A DNA stretch of 64,000 bases from Candidatus Heimdallarchaeota archaeon (GCA_030603365.1 JAUVXV010000002.1:192001-256000); one strand, 5' to 3'; counted from the stretch's first letter, positions 38,374 to 49,906 are shown. The notes: generated by a model not told the origin, from the letters alone. A program made the numbers and translations.

Positions 38374-41300
38374 TCACTCCAAATTTTTAGGTCTGTATTT
38401 AGCAAAATTGTATTTCATTGCCAAGAAAAATATCGTGTAGAACACTACTGGTATTGCTAAGAATATTATCAACATTACTTGATAAGGGAAGTGCATTTGG
38501 AAGGGTAGTCCTCCTTGAACAGCAGGTGATTCTATGAATAACCAGTTGAATAATGATAGGAGACCATATCCTGCCGCTCCACCCAGAGCTAATCCTAGAA
38601 CTATACACGAAACAAACAGTTCTAATGCTGATAAGAATATTATTCGATTCGTTGGTATTCCTATTTTCTTAAGAATGTCATGTTTTACAAGCCTTCTCTG
38701 AAGAATTTTTAGAGGATTACTAAGACTTGTAAATGCTACTGCAGCTAAGCAAATTAAAATTCCAAAAACAAATTCAGCTACAAGTACTGAATAGAATGGG
38801 AAGAAAGTAAATAATGCGAGATCACTATTAGTCTCCATTGTATCAACTTCTACTCCCAAGTCTTGACGGAGTGTATCTGCAAATTTCTCTTGATTAACGC
38901 TATTCTTAACGTTGATCAGTAATCTTTGAAGAGTAACCTCATTTAAAGTTAATATACCCGAGATATACTCAAAATTATCTTGTGACATCACTATACCAAA
39001 ATGAGTATAAGGATAGGGTTCGGGATAATAGACATCATATGAGACTCCATAAGGCTCTGATCCAAACCGTTCTGATCCGTAATCATAAAAAATGGGGAAA
39101 TAATCAAATCCTCTTTTTATTGAGAATGGAATAACAATAGGATCCACTCCAGTATCATTTATGAAGCTAAATTGATTTTGTCCGCCAGCAACATAATCCT
39201 TGAATGTATTCGAAGTTAACATGCTAGTATTTTCTCTTAATTCATAGATAGATTGTTCCCAATTCCTAAATAGATATTCAGGAGGTTGGAAGGCCGTTTT
39301 GAGGTAATCTACCGTGTCATTTACTATTAAGAAGTCAATAGGATAATCTCTGTAATTGGCATTCAGTTGTGTTATATTAGTATAACTTACTATCTCGCTA
39401 TAATTACTAAAACTTGATAGTATTGTATCATTGTAATCGTCCCAATTGGTGATTATCAAGTCACTTCCACCATAGAAATAAGTTTCAGTGTTTATCTTAT
39501 CTTGAATCAAGAGTGGTGTTATCGTAAAAGGTATGAGTAATCCCACTAAAATGACATATGTCAGGAAAGTGTTATTGAATAACTTGATATCAGATCTAAC
39601 TTCTACTAGAGAGAAAGTGAATAGATTCTTTCGTAATGACCAGAAAACTTTACTGATAGCAATCATGAAAATCTTATGAACTTCTCTGAGGAGAAGGCCT
39701 AATCCTAAAAGACTAATCATTACACCAATGCCAATAATGTAGATATAAATTGTCAATAAAGCGAGACTTGAACTATCTATTATATTTAAGTAACTAGATT
39801 CTATCAACCACCAACCTAGACCTATGAAACCTGCTCCAAAACCAGTTATTAAAATATAAGGCAATTTTATGGTTTTCATAAGATGAACAAATTTCTTTGG
39901 TGGTTTTTCAACTTCTTTTTTAGTTGTTGATAATTTAATGATTCTAGGTACTGAGATGATGATAAGTAATAAAAGAGTTATACCCATTGCTGCAGGAGCA
40001 GTAGCTAGTTGAATAGAAGTGAATACTGACTTAAACGTTATGAATTTGTCAATTTTAAGTAGAGGTGGGAGGATAATTAAATTTACTCCCAATCCTAGAA
40101 ATGTTGCTGCGAGAGCTTCAAAGAATTTCATTGTAGAGTAGATAAATGTTATCATCCCCGTAGATACTCCTTTTGAGCTCAGAATCCTAATCTCTTGCTC
40201 AAAACTAGAACTGAAGATTTCATTGACTTCAAATGTTACAAACAGAGCCAAATACAGTATTGGTATCGATAAAAATACAATTATGAACTGAGTCATTTGC
40301 ATGAATGAACCTATTCCAGAGAACACATATTGAAGTTCATTCTGAATATACCAATAGCTGTTAGGTGCAAAATTAAAGCTATAAGGGCTTTTTCCAACAA
40401 TATCTTGTATTTCTTCCAATAATATGTTTAGACGATCAGTATCCATTTGAGAAAAGTCGTATAAAAACTGAATTTGACTATACAGATTAAGATTATAGGA
40501 AGTGACATTTTCAAGATTTGTCAAATATGATGATGTGAATGTTAACATTGTTGGAATTCTATAATAAGAAGATGTTAAGTCGGTTAATGGGTCTGAAGGA
40601 AGTGAGTATTTATTGCAAATGTTGGTTAGAAGGTTTTCTGATGGATCTTGATAAATTCCTACTACAGTAAAATTAGCTTTACTGAAGTCAGTAGGATAAA
40701 ATACTTCATAAAAAGAAGTTGCATTGAAACTCAAAGTATCGTTTATCTCAACTGCATATTCGTCTATGAAAGATGAAGCAACAATTACTTCATTATTATC
40801 TATTGGGAGTCTACCTTCTGTTAGCAGTTCTTCAATCACTACTGAATAGTTGTCATTTAATCCGTAATAACTTACACCTAGGGGATATGAGTATGCATCT
40901 GTGAAATTTAGATTCATTAGAGGAATGTTCATCGTATAATAAACCCCTGTAATGATACTCCTCAAGACTGACGTTTTGGTATTCAGAGAATGAAAGATTT
41001 CAGAAAAAGCATATTCAGTTATATTCAAGTTAAATCCTTCATCTCCTAAACTAGATAAATCGCTTAGAATCAAGTTATATGATGCAGATAAATCATCATC
41101 ATTATAGAGATCAGCTGATTCTACATAGTTTATTATTAGGGAGGTTCGCTTTGAATCAAATAGGGTTGTACTGGTAACTATAATAGTTGAAAGAATGGTT
41201 AAACCCAATAAACTAATAATCAATCTTCTTTTGTTTGCTTTCCATAATATCATAATTAATGATGAAGAATTTTTTACAAACAACCAGAGATTGACAGCAA

Positions 41301-42777
41301 CCAATTTGCTTTTCTTTGCATTTGGAATAATTGGTCTTAGGAGGTATCGAATCATTTTCTTGATTCCACGATTAATCCGTTTTCTGAATATCACATACAA
41401 TATTGATAAAACAATAATAGGTGAAATAACAGTATACCAGTATTTTATCCAGAAATATGCAAACGAAGAGTAACTTTTGATTCCATAGAGAAAGGGAGTG
41501 GTAGGTAGATTTAATGTTAAATCAGTATACACTTTCCAAGCAAAAACATATTCGGAAAGGAATTTCATATTGTCAAAACTTTGTGATTCTAGAATCACAG
41601 AATAACCAATTGAGTAAGACCCATTTTCAATAATATCATAGTTTACAGAACCAAACTGATACAAATATGGATAATCTTCTAACTCAACAACCCTCTGATA
41701 CATAGAGATATTGTCATCAACAATAATATTGAGTGTGAGTGTTTTCACTTTTCGATCAGGATTATAATAGTAATAGTAAGGTGCATCTTCTAACCAATAA
41801 TATCCAAAATCCTGATAGACGAGATAAGTTGTATTAGTATACGAGAATACATCAAAATATCCATAAAAATAATAAGAATTGAAATTAAATTGTTTGAAAG
41901 AAGAAGGAGTAATAGATTCGTTTATTGAAAACTTAGTTGTATACAGTATTCCATAGGAAACATAGGAAAAATAGAATTTTCCATCTGAACATACAGATAG
42001 TTGAGATGAAAACCAAACATCATCTATCTCATAAACTGTAGAATTGTAAAACCCTTGATCTGTTACACCAACTATAGATAAAGTGGTGCTATCATAATAT
42101 CTAGAAGTTTCATTATAATTATACTTCTTAAACATCATAAATGCTTGATCATCTAGTACAAAAACATCATATTCATCTCCCCAGAAAGGGACTTCAATAG
42201 ATTTTTCGACACTTGTTCCGTTAAAGAAAATTCTTACATGATGAAGTACTACATCAGGAGGCTCCTCATAGTAGTCTACATTAAGTGTCATTAAATGTAT
42301 ACTATTTTCACTCATGAAAATCTTGGGATAGAAGTAGTATTCAGATGAATTGTAAATAGTTGATGATGAATGTTCTAAATCATTCCACATATATAGTTTT
42401 ACAACATTACGATATATTTGACTTTCAAGAGAATATACTAAAACTATATTTTCGTCGATTCTATATGCTTCAAATATCGAACTTGCAGATCGTCCAGTTT
42501 CCACTGTTATTAAAATATCTTCTAAAATATGTAGTATTACAAATGATCCATTGAAATAGTTGATTTGAAGGAAGAAATGAACTCTACTTACATTATCTAT
42601 GATAGATGCAGATCTTATATAAGATATTTCCTCAGTGCCGTATTCCATTATGATGAAGGGATCATCAGTTGTAGATTCAGAAAAAGCTGATCCTCTTTGT
42701 ACTGTGGTTAATAATAAAGATGTAGTAATTAATATTACAGCTAAAGCAACAATAAATTTCTTTCTTCCTTTATACAT
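38374..42777 (-). CDS. Giant MacB/FtsX-type ABC permease (paralogue of 15340-19722)
   Basis: Same architecture: EGRLP, EQEIRILSSKG, EVRSDIKLF, SNPLKILQ; ends KYRPKNLE versus KYMPRNLE. Confidence 0.85.
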   Translation of the reverse strand: MYKGRKKFIVALAVILITTSLLLTTVQRGSAFSESTTDDPFIIMEYGTEEISYIRSASIIDNVSRVHFFLQINYFNGSFVILHILEDILITVETGRSASSIFEAYRIDENIVLVYSLESQIYRNVVKLYMWNDLEHSSSTIYNSSEYYFYPKIFMSENSIHLMTLNVDYYEEPPDVVLHHVRIFFNGTSVEKSIEVPFWGDEYDVFVLDDQAFMMFKKYNYNETSRYYDSTTLSIVGVTDQGFYNSTVYEIDDVWFSSQLSVCSDGKFYFSYVSYGILYTTKFSINESITPSSFKQFNFNSYYFYGYFDVFSYTNTTYLVYQDFGYYWLEDAPYYYYYNPDRKVKTLTLNIIVDDNISMYQRVVELEDYPYLYQFGSVNYDIIENGSYSIGYSVILESQSFDNMKFLSEYVFAWKVYTDLTLNLPTTPFLYGIKSYSSFAYFWIKYWYTVISPIIVLSILYVIFRKRINRGIKKMIRYLLRPIIPNAKKSKLVAVNLWLFVKNSSSLIMILWKANKRRLIISLLGLTILSTIIVTSTTLFDSKRTSLIINYVESADLYNDDDLSASYNLILSDLSSLGDEGFNLNITEYAFSEIFHSLNTKTSVLRSIITGVYYTMNIPLMNLNFTDAYSYPLGVSYYGLNDNYSVVIEELLTEGRLPIDNNEVIVASSFIDEYAVEINDTLSFNATSFYEVFYPTDFSKANFTVVGIYQDPSENLLTNICNKYSLPSDPLTDLTSSYYRIPTMLTFTSSYLTNLENVTSYNLNLYSQIQFLYDFSQMDTDRLNILLEEIQDIVGKSPYSFNFAPNSYWYIQNELQYVFSGIGSFMQMTQFIIVFLSIPILYLALFVTFEVNEIFSSSFEQEIRILSSKGVSTGMITFIYSTMKFFEALAATFLGLGVNLIILPPLLKIDKFITFKSVFTSIQLATAPAAMGITLLLLIIISVPRIIKLSTTKKEVEKPPKKFVHLMKTIKLPYILITGFGAGFIGLGWWLIESSYLNIIDSSSLALLTIYIYIIGIGVMISLLGLGLLLREVHKIFMIAISKVFWSLRKNLFTFSLVEVRSDIKLFNNTFLTYVILVGLLIPFTITPLLIQDKINTETYFYGGSDLIITNWDDYNDTILSSFSNYSEIVSYTNITQLNANYRDYPIDFLIVNDTVDYLKTAFQPPEYLFRNWEQSIYELRENTSMLTSNTFKDYVAGGQNQFSFINDTGVDPIVIPFSIKRGFDYFPIFYDYGSERFGSEPYGVSYDVYYPEPYPYTHFGIVMSQDNFEYISGILTLNEVTLQRLLINVKNSVNQEKFADTLRQDLGVEVDTMETNSDLALFTFFPFYSVLVAEFVFGILICLAAVAFTSLSNPLKILQRRLVKHDILKKIGIPTNRIIFLSALELFVSCIVLGLALGGAAGYGLLSLFNWLFIESPAVQGGLPFQMHFPYQVMLIIFLAIPVVFYTIFFLAMKYNFAKYRPKNLE

Positions 42778-42872
42778 AAACTACCACTTGTATATCTATT
42801 TGTTACTCAATTATAAAGTAATTCTAAAAAGAATACTTGTGTATTGATTAACACAAATTCGATAATGGCAAA

Positions 42873-43751
42873 TTAGAACATTAATGGCCATGGAGCATTG
42901 AATAGAAACCAATAAGCATAGTTACTAAAGAAGAATAATGCGAAAAACAGTCCTGTTAATAGAATTGGGACTAGTATGAAGATTATTGTTTCTTTGAACT
43001 TTCTATAGTATTCTGATTCTTTTATTTTTATTTCTTCTGAAGAGAATAGAGTTTTGAACAGCAAAACTAGAACTATTGAACCATAGTAGACCGAGAAGAA
43101 TAAATGGAGGATATATTTCAAATGGTCTTTCCAAACGAATGAATTTTTGATTTTTCTTATTGTCAAAAAAGCAGTCAAAGCTAAAATTACAGCTATTATT
43201 AGATATACTACAACTAAAATAGTAAATGTTTGAGCATGTTCAGTTCCTAAATTATATGAGAACCAGAATTTATCACCGGAAAAAAGATAATACCAAGGGA
43301 GAGATGTTAAACTAAAATCATATTTAATGTACTGAAAGAATATTGCTCCTCTTACATCTGTAGTTAAGAGATGTGTTGAATAACGAAGAAGAATCAATAC
43401 TGTATTTACTACAAAAGCTATGATTGTTGCTATTTGCATGAGGAATGACAGCATATATTCTCTGTCTGATTTTTCCTTTAGTACATATAGCCATGTTACA
43501 TTAAATATATACGAAATAACTAAAACGAAGAAACCTGCTGATATTAGAAAGAAAAGCGTTTGTAAAGCTGATTGCCAGACTGACTCAAATTCTACAAAGA
43601 AACCACCAACTAATGAAAGAGAACCTAGAATTAGACTTAAAACGAAGAGCCATGTTTTTTCATACCATCTTCTATTCATTTCTTTTATTTCTGCTACTAA
43701 TTCTTCTGTGTTAGTCTCCTCAACTTCTGCAGATTCTGCTTTTTCAGTCAT
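42873..43751 (-). CDS. Hypothetical multi-pass membrane protein
   Basis: About 6 hydrophobic segments; no motif recognised. Confidence 0.75.
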   Translation of the reverse strand: MTEKAESAEVEETNTEELVAEIKEMNRRWYEKTWLFVLSLILGSLSLVGGFFVEFESVWQSALQTLFFLISAGFFVLVISYIFNVTWLYVLKEKSDREYMLSFLMQIATIIAFVVNTVLILLRYSTHLLTTDVRGAIFFQYIKYDFSLTSLPWYYLFSGDKFWFSYNLGTEHAQTFTILVVVYLIIAVILALTAFLTIRKIKNSFVWKDHLKYILHLFFSVYYGSIVLVLLFKTLFSSEEIKIKESEYYRKFKETIIFILVPILLTGLFFALFFFSNYAYWFLFNAPWPLMF

Positions 43752-43853
43752 TAATGAAATTAGTTTGGGAAACGATAATAAATCTATCGAACAAACCAGA
43801 AAGATTCTATTAGAAAGGAAATTGTTAAAATCTTAAAGATACTTACAAATTCA

Positions 43854-44894
43854 ATGGAAGTTGATTATTCAGTATTTGGAGTGCTTAACTTTGAACAACT
43901 AGAGAAGTTCTCCAAAAGGTTCAGTATCAATCCAAAAGATATCAGAGCTAATTTCGATGGATGGAGGAAATTAGTTCTTTATTCAGAGGACAGGGTGTTT
44001 ATTTTTCCTCGTGACCCTAGAGGAGTAGAATGGTTAGAAACAGAAATTTCTGCTTATGAGTTTCTAAATAAATATAGTGATCTTCCAATTCCAAAATTAA
44101 AAGAAAGGATTTCCGATTCTGAAATATCTTATTATGAATTTGCAGAAGTTTCTAGATTGAAGGGAGTACCTTATTCGAAACTTGAAGACAATATTAGTGA
44201 ACAAAATGTTACAGAATTACAAGTCAATTTAGCTAACTTGTTTTCACTATGGCATAATATTTCTATCCAAGAAATTCCCTCAAAGATAGCAAAAAGACAA
44301 ATTTTCGATCCAAGTCTGTATGAATTTGAAATCAAGTTACTGGATTCAACTTCTACTGTAGAAGCATTTGACTATGTCTATCAAAAGATAATTGATTATT
44401 CTAAACAACACTATATCCAACATTCTATACTACTAGAAGAATCGACTAGAAAGAATTGGGAGAAAATTATTTTAGAAATTGTTTCATTAAATTCCATACT
44501 ACTCCATGGTGATATTCATGAAGATCAAATTCTGGTTAAATCAGAAGAAAATATGAAGATAACTGGCATACTAGACTGGGAAACAGTATGGATAGGAAAT
44601 CCGATATGGGAGTTTAATTTCTTTGAATGGGGGTTCGGGATATGGAAATGGTGGGAGAATTTTTCTGATATTCGAAGAGTAATATGGAAAGAATATCTAG
44701 AAAAAAGGAACCTTAAACTAGCAACGTTGGAAGGATTAAATCTAATTTATACAATCTTTGAATTTCTGAGAGTTCTAAAATCAAATACAAGTTTACAAAA
44801 ACTAATTGGCAAAGATAAAGAAGAATCTGCAAGAAAATGTGTTGAGAGATTAGTAAAAATAACAGAAAAAATAAAAGACGAAAACGAAGGATGA
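43854..44894 (+). CDS. Aminoglycoside phosphotransferase/choline kinase-like (APH family) kinase
   Basis: Brenner motif LLHGDIHEDQI and ILDWE. Confidence 0.85.
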   Translation: MEVDYSVFGVLNFEQLEKFSKRFSINPKDIRANFDGWRKLVLYSEDRVFIFPRDPRGVEWLETEISAYEFLNKYSDLPIPKLKERISDSEISYYEFAEVSRLKGVPYSKLEDNISEQNVTELQVNLANLFSLWHNISIQEIPSKIAKRQIFDPSLYEFEIKLLDSTSTVEAFDYVYQKIIDYSKQHYIQHSILLEESTRKNWEKIILEIVSLNSILLHGDIHEDQILVKSEENMKITGILDWETVWIGNPIWEFNFFEWGFGIWKWWENFSDIRRVIWKEYLEKRNLKLATLEGLNLIYTIFEFLRVLKSNTSLQKLIGKDKEESARKCVERLVKITEKIKDENEG

Positions 44895-44908
44895 CCTGGT
44901 CCTCCCAT

Positions 44909-46933
44909 TCATCCTCTCTTCTTCTTCATCTGTTTTACTTCATCTTTCTTTCCTGTTTTCTTCTTCTCTTTGAAATGCTGATTCATTTGCTTTTTATCAG
45001 GCCTTCCACCAGTTCCTCCTCCCATCACACTTGGTCCGCCTGCTCCTGCATGAGTAGGTACTTTCATTGGTTTCTTTTGAATTTCTTCATCGATTGTTTC
45101 AGGATCTAAATCATCTATAGAGAGATCAATATCACCAAGTCCCTGATGAACATAGTAAGTATTGTACAAATCTGCATAGATACCATCAAGTTCCATCAGT
45201 TCATCATGAGAACCAAATTCCATAAGCTTGCCCTGTTCAAGCACTACTATTCTATCTGCATCTTTTATTGTAGAGAGTCTATGCGCAATCACAAATGTTG
45301 TTCTCCCTTTGAAGAGTTCCCTTTGAGCAGCTTGAACAAGAGATTCAGTATAGGCATCCAATCTACTAGTTGCTTCATCTAGAACGAGTATTCTTGGATC
45401 AGCTAGCATAGTTCGAGCTACTGTTATTATTTGTCTTTGTCCAGCTGATAGTTTCTTTCCACCTTCAACTACTATAGTGTCATAACCTTGTGGAAGAGCT
45501 TCAATAAACTCATCAGCATTGATTCTTTTACTTATAGTATATACATCTTCTCTAGTAGCAGAAGGTGCCCCATATAGGATGTTTTCCATTACAGTTCCAT
45601 TGAACAGAAATGGTTCCTGTGTAACTAAACCGATTGCGTTTCTTAACGAAGATTGTTTAACATCACGAATATCCTGTGTTCCTATCTTAATAGAACCTTC
45701 ATTTACATCATAGAATCTTGTCAGAAGGGATGAAAATAGTGTTGTTTTACCAGCTCCTGTATGACCTACACAAGCAACCATTTCTCCAGCCTTAGCTGTG
45801 AATGAAACATCTTTAAGAACATAAGTATCATCAATATAAGCAAAACCTACATTTTCGAAATGAACGTTATCATCTACATCTTGTAGCTCTGCAGCATCAA
45901 TTTTGTCTGCAATTGCGGGTTTGGCTTCAAAAATATCTATGATCCTGTCCATTGCTCCTAAAGCTGATTCTAATTGAGGAAACATCATGGATAACATAAC
46001 CATTGGGAAAAGGAAAGATTGAGATAACTGAATAGCTGTATAAATATCTCCTAACGGAATTCCTGTAGTTTGATTAATCCAACCACTAGCATAGATAATA
46101 GCTATGAACAAACCATAACTTAGAGCTGTCATTGTGGGATGCATAAACATCATCAAGAACCCAAACTGTCTGGAGTATTTGTAGTGTTGATAGTTAAGTT
46201 CTCGTAACTCTGTTGCTAGTTCTTCTTCTCTGTTAAATGATTTAGCTACTGCTATCCCTTCAAGTCCTTCTGCCATCTTTCCTGAAACTACACCAAAAGC
46301 TCTTCTTGTTCTTAGAACTATTTTTCGAGCAAAGAAGCTTAGAATTTTTGCCATTAAGAAAGCAAAAGGAACAGCTGCTAAGGTAATCACTCCAATTATC
46401 CAATTAGTTACCATCAACCAGACAAAAGAACCTACTATTACCAACACTTGAGAAATAACAGCAGCTGATAGCAGTAAACCTGTCGCTAGTTCTCCAGTAT
46501 CTGCAGTTACTCTAGCTGTAATGTTTCCTGATTGTTCATTTTTCAGATAAGACATATCTGAATAACTTAGTTTTTCATAGAGATCATACCTAACCTCGTG
46601 AAGCATTTTTGCATTCATTTTTGCTTGAATTCTTGTGGATAGAGAGTTTAGAATCCAACCGAAAAGTGTCAATGAGAAAAATGTTATAGTCAGTCCTATC
46701 AGCAAACTAGTTGCACTTGGGCTCTCAGTTAGAACATTAATCCCACCACCAATGACTATTGGATTTATGACAGACAAGAGAGAATAGACAATAGAAATAG
46801 ATACAACAAGAATTATAGGTTTAATGTATCTTCGAATATACTTCCATAAGCTACCAAGTAGAATCTTTGTCGACCTTGCTCGATCATACTTATCCTGTTC
46901 AAAAGCTCGACCGGGACCTCTACCGTGACTCAT
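44909..46933 (-). CDS. ABC exporter half-transporter (TMD+NBD), consensus Walker B/H-loop subunit
   Basis: 6 TM, GHTGAGKTT, LSAGQRQ, LDEATS, IAHRL. Confidence 0.92.
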   Translation of the reverse strand: MSHGRGPGRAFEQDKYDRARSTKILLGSLWKYIRRYIKPIILVVSISIVYSLLSVINPIVIGGGINVLTESPSATSLLIGLTITFFSLTLFGWILNSLSTRIQAKMNAKMLHEVRYDLYEKLSYSDMSYLKNEQSGNITARVTADTGELATGLLLSAAVISQVLVIVGSFVWLMVTNWIIGVITLAAVPFAFLMAKILSFFARKIVLRTRRAFGVVSGKMAEGLEGIAVAKSFNREEELATELRELNYQHYKYSRQFGFLMMFMHPTMTALSYGLFIAIIYASGWINQTTGIPLGDIYTAIQLSQSFLFPMVMLSMMFPQLESALGAMDRIIDIFEAKPAIADKIDAAELQDVDDNVHFENVGFAYIDDTYVLKDVSFTAKAGEMVACVGHTGAGKTTLFSSLLTRFYDVNEGSIKIGTQDIRDVKQSSLRNAIGLVTQEPFLFNGTVMENILYGAPSATREDVYTISKRINADEFIEALPQGYDTIVVEGGKKLSAGQRQIITVARTMLADPRILVLDEATSRLDAYTESLVQAAQRELFKGRTTFVIAHRLSTIKDADRIVVLEQGKLMEFGSHDELMELDGIYADLYNTYYVHQGLGDIDLSIDDLDPETIDEEIQKKPMKVPTHAGAGGPSVMGGGTGGRPDKKQMNQHFKEKKKTGKKDEVKQMKKKRG

Positions 46934-48870
46934 TAATCTCTACCTCCTTCAATAGAAACTGTATCTGAACAAACATTATCCCCCTCCGCTATTGGTAAGT
47001 GTTGGCACATAAATTGATAATCAGAGCATCGTTTTATCAGCTCAGAATGGCTACCTATATCTACCACTTCACCTCTTTTCATTAGAATTATCAGATCAGC
47101 TGAAACTAGAGTAGTAAGTCTTTGAGTAACAACAATACTAGTTCTACCTTTCATTAGCTCTTCCATTGCATATCTAAGTCGTAATTCTGTTTTGATATCT
47201 ACTGCACTGGTACTATCATCAAGAAGCAACAAACTTGGGTTAGATAATAACGCTCTCGCAATCGCTATCCTCTGCCTTTGTCCACCAGATAATGTAACAC
47301 CTCTCTCACCAATAGTGGTTTGATTTCCTTCTCGTAAAGAATCTATGAATGGTGCTATTTGTGCTCTTTCTGTAGCAATTCTAATCTCTTCATCAGTTGC
47401 AGTTGGTCTAGCAAAAGCAATGTTTGCTCTGATAGTATCTGAGAATAAGAATATATCTTGTTCAACCATCGTTACATTTGATCTTACGTAACTGGTATGC
47501 ATGTCTTTTATATTTGTACCATCAATTTTGATATCTCCTTCAGATGCGTCATATAATCGTAATAGCAGTTTGAGTATTGTTGATTTTCCAGAACCTGGAC
47601 CACCAATGAGAGCTACTCTTGCACCTGATGGAATTGAGAATGATACATCTCTCAGGACTAATTTCTCAGTTCCTGGATATGCAAAATTCACTTTATCAAA
47701 AACTACAGCTCTATTCCAATCACCTTCGATAGGATTGTTAGGTTGTTTAAGAGGATCTTTGAAATCCATTAAATTCCAAAGCCTAGTTGAGTTTTGTAAA
47801 CCAGCTTGAAGCATTATAAGACGTTGTGGAATCATGAAATTCTGTCTATTGAGATTGAGTAATAATGTTAAGATAGATAGCATTATACCAATGCTATTAT
47901 ACCGACCAATTACAATACTGTAAATTCCAAATGCAAAGGCACCAGCTGTTACAACAATGGAGATTACAGCTGGCCAATAAAATGCACTCAAGTATCCTTC
48001 CCTTCTCATATCATCCGCATATTCCAAACTAACCTCATTGAATTTCGCTATCTCCTTATCATGATTGTCAAAAGATCGAACAACATCTACCCCTTTGAAC
48101 ATTTCTTGTGATATAGAGGAAAGCTTTCCTAAATCAGTTGCAAGCTTTTGTCGAATTGGTCCAACTTTTGCAGCGTAAAACCACGCAATTATCAGATATA
48201 ATAAGAAGGAAAATAAAAATACAACTCCAATTATCCAATCATAAGTCCAAAGTAAAGCAGTTGTAATTATAATAGTCATTACTGAACCCAATAAGTTCCT
48301 AATCGCAGGATGGTAAGCCATTCTGACTTGGTTAATCTCATTCATTCCCATAGAGAGAATGACACCAGAATCATTTACATCAAAGAAAGCCATTGAATGA
48401 TCCTGAACTACTTCATAGAATTCTTGTCTCATATCCCTTTGAACCCTGAAAGAGGTATCAGCCCAGATGTAAATGTTTGCACTAAGAGTTATCCAAGCAA
48501 CTAGTACATAAATAATCATCCAAGTTATCGCTCTAGTAAAATCAGGAGTGAATAAGATTAAGCTACTGCCTTCAGATATGGCAGCAATATCTACAACATT
48601 AACAGAAAGGAATTCAGTTAGTTTTAGTGAAAGATTTCTTTGAATTATTCCTAAAACATCTCCTACCATAGCTAATGTTTTGGTTGTGGAGAAAGTGCTG
48701 ACACCCAGAAGAATCGCTGCTAATAGATATCGTAAAGGAAAGCGAGTGAACCCTGACCAAAACCATTTTCTGGAAGTTTTGTATTTCTTTAAAATCGTAC
48801 TCCGAATGTCTATTCCATAGTTGTTTGTTTTTTGTCCTTTTTCATGTGTAGTTGTTGCCAATTTAATCAA
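46933..48870 (-). CDS. ABC exporter half-transporter (TMD+NBD), degenerate subunit of a TM287/288-type heterodimer
   Basis: GGPGSGKST, LSGGQRQR, LLDDSTS (catalytic E->D), VTQRL (H->Q). Confidence 0.92.
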   Translation of the reverse strand: MIKLATTTHEKGQKTNNYGIDIRSTILKKYKTSRKWFWSGFTRFPLRYLLAAILLGVSTFSTTKTLAMVGDVLGIIQRNLSLKLTEFLSVNVVDIAAISEGSSLILFTPDFTRAITWMIIYVLVAWITLSANIYIWADTSFRVQRDMRQEFYEVVQDHSMAFFDVNDSGVILSMGMNEINQVRMAYHPAIRNLLGSVMTIIITTALLWTYDWIIGVVFLFSFLLYLIIAWFYAAKVGPIRQKLATDLGKLSSISQEMFKGVDVVRSFDNHDKEIAKFNEVSLEYADDMRREGYLSAFYWPAVISIVVTAGAFAFGIYSIVIGRYNSIGIMLSILTLLLNLNRQNFMIPQRLIMLQAGLQNSTRLWNLMDFKDPLKQPNNPIEGDWNRAVVFDKVNFAYPGTEKLVLRDVSFSIPSGARVALIGGPGSGKSTILKLLLRLYDASEGDIKIDGTNIKDMHTSYVRSNVTMVEQDIFLFSDTIRANIAFARPTATDEEIRIATERAQIAPFIDSLREGNQTTIGERGVTLSGGQRQRIAIARALLSNPSLLLLDDSTSAVDIKTELRLRYAMEELMKGRTSIVVTQRLTTLVSADLIILMKRGEVVDIGSHSELIKRCSDYQFMCQHLPIAEGDNVCSDTVSIEGGRD

Positions 48871-49825
48871 GCTCCTCTAATATCTTTGTAATAGATTCTT
48901 TATGTTCTGTTAATTTTGTTTTAAGAAATTCCTTAGCTAAATTCCTCTCTTCCTTGGATTCAATTCTATCTAGATGCTCCTTAATCAGATTAGGATGTCT
49001 GATTAAGAAACGAAAACTTGGTAGAGGTAGACCATATTCCATATACATTCTTGCGAATGGTCTTCCATGATGCTTACCTCGATGAAGCATGATTTCTTTC
49101 CTCATTTCAGGAGGAACATCCTCAGCAAGATTTCTGAAAATTCTTCCAAAGGGATTGAAAATCATTGGTTGCTTCTTCCCTTTCTTGACCATGAAATGTT
49201 TTTCCTCAACGTGGAAAACAAAACCTGTTAAATCTATAAGAGACATTAATGCTTTGGATAAAGTTACCCTACCTACATCTGTTATTTCATAGATTTTCTT
49301 GATTCTATCTCCATCAGAATCTTTTCTAACATACTTAATAAGACCATTTTTCTCTAAAGACTCAATAGTGGGATAAATACCACTTATGTTACTCCAGATG
49401 GTTGTAGTTTTCTTTATTTCTTGAGCAGTTAACTCTAATTCTTCAATGATTTCAGTAAGATATTCAATATCTTTGTTGATTCTAGCTTTGTTTTTTCTAG
49501 TAAGTAAATTTTGAATGTGAGGATTATATTTGAAAATAGAACAGTTTTCTATGTCATTCTCAATAGAATTCTTTTTGGCCTCATATTCTGTACTTTCTTT
49601 ATCCACTGTTGTACTTAATTTATCGAGATCATGAAGAACGCTTAGATGATTATGAATAAAATCAACACCTTTTCTACGATTTTCAAACAGAATATCAGAG
49701 GCTTTAGAACGTATTTCATATGCATGAGAACCATCAGGGGAACGTGCTAAATGAATTAAAATAGCAATTTCACCTAATTTCCTTGCAAGCTTCTCCTCGT
49801 ATTTATTAGTTAAATCTTGAGCCAT
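48863..49825 (-). CDS. PadR-like winged-helix regulator with large internal helical insertion
   Basis: ILIHLARSPDGSHAYEIR ... SGIYPTIESLEKNGLI ... KKIYEITDVGR. Start probably ATG 49825. Confidence 0.78.
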   Translation of the reverse strand: MAQDLTNKYEEKLARKLGEIAILIHLARSPDGSHAYEIRSKASDILFENRRKGVDFIHNHLSVLHDLDKLSTTVDKESTEYEAKKNSIENDIENCSIFKYNPHIQNLLTRKNKARINKDIEYLTEIIEELELTAQEIKKTTTIWSNISGIYPTIESLEKNGLIKYVRKDSDGDRIKKIYEITDVGRVTLSKALMSLIDLTGFVFHVEEKHFMVKKGKKQPMIFNPFGRIFRNLAEDVPPEMRKEIMLHRGKHHGRPFARMYMEYGLPLPSFRFLIRHPNLIKEHLDRIESKEERNLAKEFLKTKLTEHKESITKILEELD

Positions 49826-49884
49826 TTTTTCTTTCACCAATGGAAATTTCACACACAGTATTATATACATATTATAATTTTTAT

Positions 49885-49906
49885 AATATTCTGTTTTTAG
49901 AATATT
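49885..49906. promoter_or_regulatory. Palindromic operator AATATTC-N8-GAATATT (copy 2)
   Basis: AATATTC TGTTTTTA GAATATT, 60 bp upstream of the 49825 start; same half-sites and spacing as the 53123 copy. Confidence 0.6.
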
